From NCBI GenBank assembly GCA_013239625.1, contig MU053881.1, positions 14,126,373 through 14,190,372 of the forward strand: DNA of 64,000 bases, given 5' to 3'. Below are positions 1 through 11,600 of the stretch, in pieces (within the stretch, counting starts at the first letter, position 1; each line of letters begins with the position of its first letter). Below the pieces are notes generated by a model. That model saw only the letters and a list, made by a program, of their open reading frames with translations, was not told the DNA's origin and made no database searches. A program made the translations under genes and the position numbers. This DNA is from Lama guanicoe. Its lineage: Eukaryota.

Positions 1-368
1 AACCTGTTTCATCTCCCCCTAGTCCAGGATCCAGTCCAGAATTACACATTATACACTTAGTTGTCACATCTTTTTTAGTCTTCTTTAATCAGAAACAGTT
101 CCTCTGCCTTTCTTTGACCTTTGACATTTGAAAAACCTAAGCCAGTCATTTGGTAGACTAGCCTCCAGTTTGAGATTTTTCAACATTCCCTTGTGACCAC
201 AGAGGTGACGTGCTCCTCAGTATGTTGTGTCAGGAAGTCCAAGATAGCAGATTATCCCAATATCGGTGATGTTTGATCTCTTGGGTAAGGTGGTGTCTGC
301 CACATTTCTCCACTACAAAGTGATTTTTTTAACTATTGTAATTAATAATTTGAAGGAAAGATACTTTG

Positions 369-539
369 CAAGTGTTGTTTTTGTTTTTTATTTTTTCGGT
401 TTTGGGGGGTTTTTTGTTGTTTTTCAGTTGGGGGAGTAATTAGGGTTATTTATTTAATGGAGGTACTGGGGATTGAACCCAGGACCTTGTGCTTGCTGGC
501 CTTGTGCGCTACCACTGAGCTACACCCTCCCTCAACCAC
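369..539 (-). mobile_element. tRNA-derived SINE (Vic-1-like), inserted in an old L1 relic
   Basis: Reverse-strand A/B boxes (TAGCTCAGTGG, GGTTCAATCCC); A-rich tail; TSD TGAAGGAAAGATACTTTG at 351-368 and 540-557. Confidence 0.85.
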
Positions 540-2355
540 TGAAGGAAAGATACTTTGAAACTATGCAAATGTTCAGTTCCTCATCAAACTTTCTTCTACT
601 AGTTTGGCACCCATTTTATATCTGCTTTGTTTTTAAGGAAGCTTATTTTCCATTGTTAATTTTTAAAAAAAGAATATGATTACGATAAAAGAACTTTCTA
701 AATTACCCCGCCGAAAACACCTGCCTCTCCCCTACCAATTCAGTCTTCTTTGTGAAGGTCTTACCCCCTAAAATTGAGAAACGTCTGATAAGTACCGTAT
801 TAGCCAAGGCCAGACTTCTCATTTGCATGTTCAACTCTATTCATGAGTAGTCTTTTCATTTCCTTTTCTTGTACAATAATATTTCTTTAAAAAAAAGAGC
901 CCATGAAAGGGGCACTTATTTTAATAATGAGAAATAAGATGTGTATTACTATTTCAGACTTACCAGCTGTCATAATATTGCTTTTGGTCACGTTACGATC
1001 GGCGTCAGTAATTACATTTACTTTCTCATGCCGTATACAAGGGCTCACTTAAGACTCTGAAGAGCGTCTTGCAGCCTTGGGGGTCTGTGGGTTGGAAATC
1101 ATCAGGATTAAAGTCCGTGAGGAGAATTAGGATCAGGGTCAGATCACAGGAGCAGCAGGAAGGTAAAATATTACCATTTAAACAAGAAACGGGACTTTTC
1201 CTCCTTTCGTGAATCACGTTTTCCGTGACAGAGGAGGCTGCTTGCTGTAAGATGAATAGTACCTGACATTCACTCATCCATTTATTCAAGAGAAAACCAT
1301 CCTGCGGGCCTACCAGGGGAGAAGCACCACTGTGTACAGCTTCTAACCGTGTAAAGTGTGCATTTGGATAGGTTCCTCCGGGTACTTATCTTTGGGTAAG
1401 CTCTTCGTAGCAAGATTTGGCTAAAAGTAACCTTGAGGGCTTGCTTACAGAGTGTATCAAAAGCGCTCAGACACTGGAATACCCTAGATAAAGCAGCGTC
1501 TCCCACCATCTAAGAAGTCCATCTGCTTGGCTCAGGGCTCAGTCTCAGGAACCACCAGCTGGAGTAGAGAAAAAGGAAGGATCTCCAACCCCTACCCCTA
1601 GTCAGCCAGATCAGAAAAAGCCAGCCATGTCCATTCATGCAACCACATTCATCACAGCCCAGTCACCTCGCGCTCAAATTTCCTAAGAAAGAAACTCTCC
1701 TCTGTACCACCTGTCACTCTCCTGTGAGGTCCTGACCGCAAATGAGGTTCTCCGAAATGTCACCAGTATCAGAAAATGTTAGAGCCAGGACAACCTAAGG
1801 AATAAATATCTTTCCCTTTAAGACGTACCTCAGTTTACTTTATGTACTGTCTGATTTGTTCCTTACCAAAAAAAAAAAAAAACAGGTAGAATAAGACCAA
1901 GTTTCCTCATGTTACGCTGAGGAAACTGGACACCAGCAAGGTGGAAGGACGTCCCCAGTTAGGAATGAACAGAGCTCGAATTCTGACCTCTGGGGTCATA
2001 GCCCCCCCAGGCCACTTTGGCTGGTAGCCCCAGCGGGGCCGTCAGCACCCTCCCCGCCCCACCCCACCCACCAGCTTAAATGCTTTCCTGGCACTCATCG
2101 CAGGGCTAGTTGTATATTAGTTATATGATTATTTGCTTCATGTCTCTCACCCTAGAAAGGAGGAATGACAGAAACTAAGCCTGTTTTTTCCACACCGTGT
2201 CCCTTCTGCCTTGGACGGCTGGGGAGACAAGTTGGGGGGCCAGTATGCCACCTGTTTCTCCTGACCACAGCTTCTCCCTGTGTTGATATATCGCAGATTC
2301 CTCCTGACCCCAGTGACTTCACGCATCCTTTTTCGGACCATAGCTGCTGCCAGAA

Positions 2356-2630
2356 ATGGCCCTCTCAGTGGACTCGTCCTGGCACCGGTGGCAGTGGCGA
2401 GTCAGAGATGCCCTGCCCCAGTCTCCGTCAGAAGCCACACCACTGCTGTCCCCGGAGAAGGGGAGGCAAAGCTACAGCGTGACGCAGCAGCGGGTCGTGT
2501 TCCCCAACAACAATGCTTTCCACCAGGACTGGGCAAAGGCGTCCAGGAGATACCCCGGCAACAGAATCTGCACGGCCAAGTACAGCCTCTTCACCTTCCT
2601 GCCCCACAATCTCTTGGAGCAATTTAACAG
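2356..2630 (+). CDS. ATP10B: ATP10B canonical coding exon 1 (N-terminal tail, MALSVDSS...EQFNR); exon probably starts at 2297 with 5'UTR
   Basis: ATG at 2356; acceptor tcgcag|attc at 2296/2297; donor AG|gtaaca at 2630/2631, phase 2. Confidence 0.95.
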
Positions 2631-5600
2631 GTAACACAGCCCCTTGCCTGAGCAATATGCACTTTAACCACGTGTTTGCCACTCAGACGAACTGAGGGAT
2701 GATGCCCTCTTGGCCACCTTTCCTTTAATATCCAAAAGCATGTTCTTTGAGAAGCTTGGTCATTCATTCATTCATTCATTCCTTCAATAAATATCTATCA
2801 GATTCTACTGTGTTAGGTTATGTATTGTGTGTTAGAGAAAAAAAAGGTATTGCCCTGACTATATTGGCTAGTGGAAGAGACAGATGTCTTCCCAATTTTA
2901 GGAATTATATAAATTGGTGCAAACTATAATTCTGATAGATACTTCCAAGAAGAGATATACGGGGCTATTGGAGTGAGTAAGGGAAATCTGGCCTAGTTAA
3001 GAAAGTCAAGGAAGACTTCCAGGAGGAAGTGATAAAGGAAGTGTAACCTGAAAGAAGAGAATGCATTAACTAGGTGAAAAGAGGCAGGGAGAAGTCAGAG
3101 AAGTGAGCCAGAAGAACATTCTTGCAGAAAGTCCTTCCTGTGCAAAGGCACTGGGGCAAGAGGGAACAAGGTGCACTTGGAAAACTTAAAAATGCAAGCC
3201 ACTCTTTTGAGATACTATAAGCAGAATCATCATTTAATTTTAAAGCAAAATATATACCTAGACATTATTCTAAATTTTGTGACTATTGTAAGCCACCATT
3301 TATTAAGCAACTACTGTACTCCAGAACCCTCTACATTGTATGTGTAGCAAATATAGCCCATGTAATATTTATAGGAGTCCTTTAAAGTAGGTAGTACTAG
3401 CCCCATATTATGCAAGACAAAACAGGTTCAGGAAAGTCACACAACAAGTAAACAATAGAAACCAGATTTGAATCTAGATGGATTTGGCTTCAAAGCTCTT
3501 ACTATAATGTTCAAGGTGACACTGAAAGAGAATGTCATTTTAATTGGGAAGGGCCAATAGTTAGGAAGAAAAACGTGGAGAGTATTTTTCTTTGTGGCTT
3601 TCAGTTATACCTCCCTCGTACCTTTCAGGTGGGCTAACCTCTACTTCCTGTTCCTGGTGATTCTGAACTGGGTGCCCTCCATGGAAGTCTTCCACAGGGA
3701 GATCACCATGCTACCACTGGCCATTGTCCTGTTCATCATCATGGTTAAGGATGGTGTGGAAGACTTCAAGAAACACTGCTTTGACAGAGAGATAAACTGC
3801 TCCAACATCCAGATATATGAGAGGTAAGGGAAGTCATTTCCTCTGTGGCAAATAGGTTATGCAAACTTAGCAGCATTTTCCAAAAATTAGTCTCTCTTCT
3901 CACATTATAGTTCCTTAAGTTCGTTGAATTCAATGATTGTCAACCAGGGCAGTTTTGCCCTGCAAGGAGCTTTTGACAATGTCTGGAAATATTTTTGGTT
4001 GCCATACTGGGAAGGAGGGTGCTACTGGCATCTGATGGGTAAAGGTCAAGGACGATGCTAAACATCTTACAATATACAAGACAACTTCTCGCAGCAAAGA
4101 ATTATGAGTCAGACCAAAATGTCAATGGTGCTGAGACTTAGAAACCTTAATTTAACTTGTGTAAACATTCCTATTATTAAACCCAACGGTGTTATATTAT
4201 TAAGAGTAGGGTTGAAAGCTCCAGAGTGAAACTCTAGAATTGATTGGATCACCTCAGGAGACCAAGTTCAAGAGCAGTTCTTTGGAGAGTAACAGGCAGT
4301 GTCTCCCAGAAAAGAAAATGCATGCTGTTTTGAAAGCATCTGTGGCCCTTGGCTAAACATTCTTGCTTTTAGAACTTAACCAGGTAGGTTTTAGGACCCA
4401 GAGCTGGCACACCTGTTCTTGGCTGCCTGGGGTGGAAAAGGAAGCTACCTGTGTGTGACGTCTGCATTCCAACAGGTGGAGTCTCAACAAGTAGGAGGAA
4501 GTGACCCGGTGGGTACACACCTGTTCTCTGCAAGCTCTTTCCTTGTCATATTCCTCCCCTAGTGTTTGTACACCGGCTTTTTATTTTCAGTTTTCGTTTT
4601 GAAAGGAGAGAGAAATCTTCCGCAAAGAGGGCAAGCAAAAGATGTCAGGAACATCACTCGCTGGCAGCTGAACAATGGGACTGATCCAGGAAGAACCTCT
4701 TTCACGGGGATCTCAAGTGCCCTGCTATGAGAGTTAAAGAGACCGGACTGAGCAGAGATGAGAAAGGAAGGGAAGAGAAGGCGGAAAAAGAAAGAAGACA
4801 AGAAACGAGTGGTGGTCTCCAACCTGCCCTTTGAAGGATGGTCCCACAAAGAGAATCCCAACAGACATTATCGTGGGAATCAAATTAAGACCAGCAAGTA
4901 CACTGTGTTGTCCTTTATACCCAAGAACATCTTCGAGCAGCTACACCGGTTTGCCAATCTCTATTTTGTGGGCATTGCGATTCTGAATTTTGTGCCCGTG
5001 GTCAATGCTTTCCAGCCCGCGGTGAGCGTGATACCCATCTGTGTCATCCTGGCGGTCACGGCCATCAAGGATGCTTGGGAAGACTTCCGGCGGTACAAAT
5101 CCGATAAAATGATCAATAACCAAGACTGCCTCGTCTATAGCAGGTAAAGCGAAAGCCCGAGGAAGTCTTGAGCCCAGCTCTGATCTCTCTGTGGCCACTG
5201 CCACGGTCGCTGCTGTTTATGGAAGGATGGGGTGGGGAGATGGCATGTTTTGATCGCAGTGAAGCTGTTTGATTCTCCACAGTGGAGATTATGGTCTAAA
5301 ACAAAAAAACAGAAAGGAAAAAAGATCGAGGCTTGAGTCAGTCATATATTAAAATTTGGAGGTCTTTAGTATGTGATGTTTTCTTTGCTGTTTCAGATGT
5401 AAGAATTGTGTATAAATTCTCATCCATTTGGGGTTCAGTGTGTCCATGAGCACGTTGGAGCATGTTTGGAGACCCCTGGAAGGAAGCGGCACCCCTGTTT
5501 TTCAGGGGAGCAGTAGAGCACTGTATTAGGAGAACCAGCCCTGGAGACACTGCCTGGGTTGAACGCGGTCTCTGTCAGTCATTAACGTTATGTGATGTTA

Positions 5601-8600
5601 AGCAAGTGACCTAACCTCTCTGAAACTCATTTTGTCATTCGTAAAATTGGAGCACTTCCCGGGGTGGTCTTGAGAATTGCGTGCGATAATCCTTGGAAAG
5701 TGTTTAGCACTCCTTCTGACGTATGATACTCAACGTGCAAGCTGCAGTGGCTTGATTTATAGACTGTAAAACTTGCCTTAGCTCCATCAGGCTGTCCTGA
5801 AGCTTTCTCTCTGATGTTGTCCCAACCCAAACGAAAACTCCCCGCCCTCTGTCTTTCCGTGTTGTTTGACGTTATTTTATCCATGCTGTTGTTATAGAAA
5901 GACTCCATTGAGCAAGTAACCAAACTGGGTTGTGAGGGAAAGGATATGCTCTGGGTCAGTAAGGGAAGAAAATGGAATTATCATGTGTCTCAATTTTGTG
6001 AGCATTCACGTAGCCCAGAAAGGAGGGAGGGGATGAAGCCTGAGCACTCAGAGAGCGCACGGTGGTGAAGAGCACTTTCTGGGCTAGTGTGAGAAGTCTT
6101 GGGTGAGTCAGTCACTCAGATGATTGAAGCAGGTGAGGGCTTGACCTCCTGCCAAATAAGAAAAATGTCCATCTTTCTCCCGAAGCACCGTCCCTCTGAC
6201 TTCTTCCCTCTGATCTCATGAACCCCAGTTCAGCAGAAGTCCTGCAGTTTCTCTGGTCATTCTGCAGCTGTCGAAGGGCTGGTCTGTCTAAGGAGAAGCT
6301 CTCTTCCCTGGGGAGAACGTGGAACTGACCGACTTGGAGCTGGCTGATGAGAGGGTTTAGGAGCCGAGCTCCACTTGGAAAGCTGTAGCCTGGGGAGGTT
6401 TCTAAGGCAATCGTGTAACACGAGGGACTCAGTTGTCTCCAGAGCACCCCTCAGAGAACCTCCATGCCCTCTCCTTAGCAAAAGAGGAGTTTCTGGTCTG
6501 TCTGCCTGCAGGCCCACAATGGTACACCTAACAGTATGAGTCCGAAGGTGTGGGTTTTATTTTTTTTCCAGCTGGCTCTAATTGTCTTGAATGTTGTGAG
6601 TATCCTGAACACCTAGAGTTGAGATGTAGTCATTCCTCACCTTTGAATAAGGAAATCACGTAGAGAGGAAAAGTAACAGTTGAAGTGTGTCGCCTTTCCT
6701 AACAAGGCTGGTTTTTTAAGAAAGCGTTGTTTTTCTGTTGTCACCAATCCACCCCATCATGTGTTGTTTTGTACTTTCTCCTGTGTTGTTTTGCTCACTG
6801 AAGATGCCCCAGTGAGGCTGGCTCCTCGGGGAGGCATACCTGGGGACCTCAGTCAGCCTGGTGTCCCATGCTCCCTGCTCTGCCAGGAACCCTCTGCCCT
6901 AAGTGTCCCAGAAGAGTGGACCTGTTCTTGGGGGCCTGTGCTGGGCAGGCCAGGCTGTTGTCATTCTGTTCTCAAAATAGCTTCCAGGAAACACCAGAAA
7001 ACCGAGGTGATGACAATCCAGAAAAAGAAGAGTCATCAGTCCCCAGGCTTGCTGGCAGAAAGGGACAAGAAGGGGGTTTTGTGGCATATTTCCTAAAATG
7101 TATTCAGTGGAATAATAGTGACAGAGAGATGGTCTCTTGAAAAAAAAGACCCATGGACAGGAAAAACTACACTGGCCCTCCTGAACCCGTGGTCCATGAA
7201 GGACTAAGGAAAGATCACAATAAAGAAGCCTGTTCATCTTTGCTTAACCCTATGTGGTTCCAAACTTACAGAATCTTGGAAATATTAATATCTCAATTGG
7301 GGCAATTTTAATTTTTCCATTGTTACAAAGTAAGTGACTACAGGGGGCCAGGCAGGTGATTGAATGAAATAGACTGGCTATAAAAAGGAAAGCCATATTA
7401 TTCATGTGCTGATACATGGTAGCAGGCAACAGGGAGCAGTGGGGACTGTGGCAAACTGGGCCAGGGGAGGTGGGGGCCTGTATTCATCTTAGGAGGCAAA
7501 GCTGGCCACTGAGCTCCAGCTGGTTACCATGTGGGAATATAGGCCTAGTGTTGCCAGATTGCCTAAGTTTTAATAGAGGAGCTAAAAATTCATATTTTTA
7601 TTTGAAATAACCTGATTTTTAAGTGTTGGTAACTGATAGACTTTTTCCCAAACACTTCAGACCTATTTTATTTCAGACCTAAAAAATCTTATTTTGCCAC
7701 TGAGCCCCCTGATTTGCAGATTTTGCTTTAGAATACCCTACGAATCTGCAAATGAATAATTAGATTATTCTTTCAAAATTCATCTTCAATGAGGTGGCAT
7801 CTTTCCGTAGAGAGCTGGTATGAACTTGAAGCAAGAACACAGGCCTGTGTGTCAGGAGGCCTATGTGCTAGGCCTCGATCTGTGACCCACTACTAATAAT
7901 AGCTTAGAAAAGTCATTTAAATCTCTGGATCTCAGTTTCTACTTTTGCAAAACTTAGGAATCAGACTAGATCTTGTCCTGTGAGATAAACTTATGGAAAA
8001 ACAAAACCCACAGTCAGACAAGTTTGGGAAATAGCACATACTTGATGAGTTTCTTGAGTCAAACAGTACACGTCAAAAATAAAGTTTCTGGGAGAACCTT
8101 CAGTTAGGAATTATCCAACTTTGTTTAACTGTTGTGTCAATTGAGATGCTCTCTACTGCAAGAAGCAGAAACCTCAACTCAATTTTAAACAATGAAGACT
8201 TTGTTACTTAAGTCACTACAAATGTCTTAAGGTGGGCAAATGATCAGACATAGTTCAATCAGCTAATCAGCATTCTAGATGCAGCACTTAGCATTCCTTT
8301 TCATTCAGTTCCCATCTGTGCTATTTTTGCCCTCAGGCAGATTTCCCTCATGGTAGTGAGATGGCTGCAGCTGCTCCATCCCTCACATCTGCATTTAGTA
8401 ACCCACAAAGGGAGAAAGAAAAGTGCTTTTGGAAGCATTCTTGGAAGCTCCAGGAGGCTTACTCCTCAGTTTTTCCTCATCTCAGTGACCCCAGTGGGTC
8501 ACATGCCCATCCCAGAACCAATCCCTGTGAGCAGGAGGTGAGATTATGCTAATTAGGTGATACTTGAACCACAGAGCCCAGCGTGAAGTTCACTGCCTTG

Positions 8601-11600
8601 AAAGCATATCGACTACCCAGGGGAAGATGAAAAACTAATTAAAAAATGAGATAGTTTACAAGAGGAGAAAGAACAGATGTTAAAGAGGCCACCTCCATGT
8701 CCTTAACTCCATCCCCTTTAAGTATTTTTGATCTTCAACTCCTTATGAATTGCTTTCCACCCATTAATAGGAACAGACACACTCTGGGATTCTGTAATTT
8801 GTATCCCTTAAGTTTTTCCAACTCTGAAGTGGCTTAATTCTATGAGAGATCCTGGAATAGAAAGCAAGAATGTGCTAGATAACTGTTATTATCTTAACTG
8901 ATGGTCCTGAGGAATGATTCCTTTTCCTAAATATCAATGATTTTTGACAGAATGTCTGGCGGAGAATACAAAATCTGAGAGGACAGTTGTTTTATTTTTC
9001 CTGAGAAGCAACATAGAAGCTTATATCCCAAATACTAGCTCTATCCATGTTGTCTCAGATTCACACATTTGAGAAAGTGATGTCAAATGTCTTCATTTTT
9101 GTGCTGTTGAATACAAAGGCCCTAAGAATTTTGCTCAGCCTAATCCCATGCATCATCCAGCCTGGGCTTGTTTCTACTGTGAGAAAATCTTTTTGCAAAC
9201 AGCAGAAGCCTTGTTAACAGAATTACAATCCTGTTAAAGCATTTTCTTTTAATATAGCAACTGTGCTTGTGGTCTAAAGGTGACCCATTAATCAGATTTA
9301 TGGAATGACTTCAAGGAGAGATTAGCTTCAGGATTTTATTAGCTTGGTTTCTCCCAGGGCTCAGTTTAATGAATCTAGAAGCCATACCCAGCAAGAGATT
9401 TGTGTTTTTCCATCCAGCTTAGTAAATTTTTATTTGTATTCAGAAAACCTGCAATAATGAAGCAGGAGTGTGAACCAAGGGAATCCATGATGGAAGATTT
9501 TTGTCCGCACATTGTAATGTAGCAGAAGCCTTCCAGTGTTTGGGTCAGTGCACGCTTATTAATCTGCTCAGCCAGTCCTAATTCAGGGTCAAGCGTGTGT
9601 GCACCAACATGGAGCCCCTGGAGGGGCTCTCAGTCCAGAGATCACGAGGAGCTTGTGAACAGCTACAGTGTCCCCTGCCTGTGTACAAAGCGCTGCATGA
9701 CACATCTGCCTGCAAAAAGCATCCAAGCCGAGGGAAGCCTTCCCTGAAGAGGTGACATTTCAGGAGGGCACTGAAGGATGAGCAGCGTTCACATAGCAGA
9801 GTAGACGTGTTCCAGCTCACAGCCTGTTCATGTGCCAGCGCAGGGTTGTATGTGTGACTTACGCTGGTATCAGAAAGACCAGGACTGAGAAATGTCAGGA
9901 ACTTAGGAGATGAATGATTCAGATTAGAAATTTAAATTCTGACTTTTTACCAAGAGTTGGAGATTCTCTTCTGTGCATCAGGTGACCACTATAACAAAAA
10001 TAATTCCAGATGCCGCAGGATTGCAGCCAGCCTTCTGGCAGCATGGCACTGAGAGCCTGGATCCCCGCAGTGGCAAGTTCTGCTGGAGAGGACGGACGCC
10101 CGGCCGGCAATTTGTTGTTATTTGTGCCGGTCGCTTTCTGTGCCAGTGCCCCAACAGGAAAGGCTGAGACCAAGGAAGCCAGAGGTCCTGATCCTGGGCC
10201 GGTCACCAGTTAACTCTGTGACCTAAATGAAGCCGCTGAAGCAGTCAGGGCCCCATTTGTCTCATCTTTAAATGGTGATCATAACCTCTCTACGGTATAT
10301 TTTGTGAACAGATATGCAGATGACACACAAGAGGGCTTGGAAGTAACAGAGGTACAGAAACAACTAGACGAAGCAACACCGCAAGAGAGTGTGTGAAGCA
10401 TTCTCAACAAGGACATTTAAAATGTGACGTCTTACTGGATGCTTAGCCTCACACCTGGGCTTCTCTCAGAACTGCTGCTCGATGTGTGGGCGTTGAGCCT
10501 CCATTTCAACATCTGTACGATGGGGCCAGTATCAGCACTATCTCCCAAGGTCATGTGCATCGAACGAGATAATCCTTACGAACCGTTTAACTCGGTGCCT
10601 GCACCATAATTAGCACTAAGTAATTTCTTTTTATTTCTAATTGTTTCAACTCTAGTTTTTTCAATGAGAGGCCCACCCTGTGCTTTTATGTTGCTTGCTA
10701 CGGTCCCCCGTCATACAAGGGAGGAATTGCTTATTTTATTGGTGAAAGTCAAGGACATTCATTTACTGGTAGACAGGATAACAGTGTTTCACTTACACAA
10801 TATTTTTTTTTATAATTATTGAGGTATAGTCAGTTATAGTCGGTGTGTCAATTTCTGGTGTCCAGCATAAGGGTAACAGTGTTTTAAAAGCAACAACCTG
10901 TGCTCTGCTCCCTTATTTCCCTTCTTTTCCTCGTGGCAGAATTTAAAATCCGAATTTAGGAAGTCCCTCTGGAGCGCAGACCTCTTTCCCCAGCTCCCCT
11001 TCCACAGCACACCTGAGCACACCCAGACCAAGACTGAGACGGAGTCAAGGGACTGAGGTGGCCTCATGCAGCTCAGAGCCTAAGCCGCTGCTCCCAACAC
11101 AGCTTCTAACCTGGAATGTGCATTAGAATATATTGTACAGCTATTTACATAGAAGCTATTTGGTCCCCTTTCAACTATTATTTTCCTCCACATAACACCT
11201 CTCTAGGAAACCCAAAGGGGATGAGATGATTGACAAGGCAGAATTCAGGCCTTACCAGGGCCATCCTAACACCAAAATAGAGCCATAAATTCGTCACCCT
11301 AAACTGCATCCTGGGGCTGCTGCAGGTGTTAAACAATGCATGTAAAATGCTTAGCATAGTGTCTGGCACTCAGTGGCACTCAGGAAATGTCAGCTCAAAC
11401 GTTGCTAAGGAGAATTCTATAACCTTGATAACCAGGGTCGCCAGGAGCTTGACCCGAAGAGAGTAAGAAAGGAAGACCATTGGCTGGGGTTGGGAACCGC
11501 ATGAGAGGAGACAAACTCTCCACCATAGAACTTAGCACATAACGCAGCAAAGTAGGCCTGGGGGAAGAATCTGAAAAATGCGGGCAACAGAGAAACACAC

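Noticed and set aside
4758..5147. Processed pseudogene or separate gene for the second P4-ATPase N-terminus
   Set aside because: There is no poly(A) or TSD and no disabling mutation, and homology ends exactly at a splice donor in phase with ATP10B exon 3
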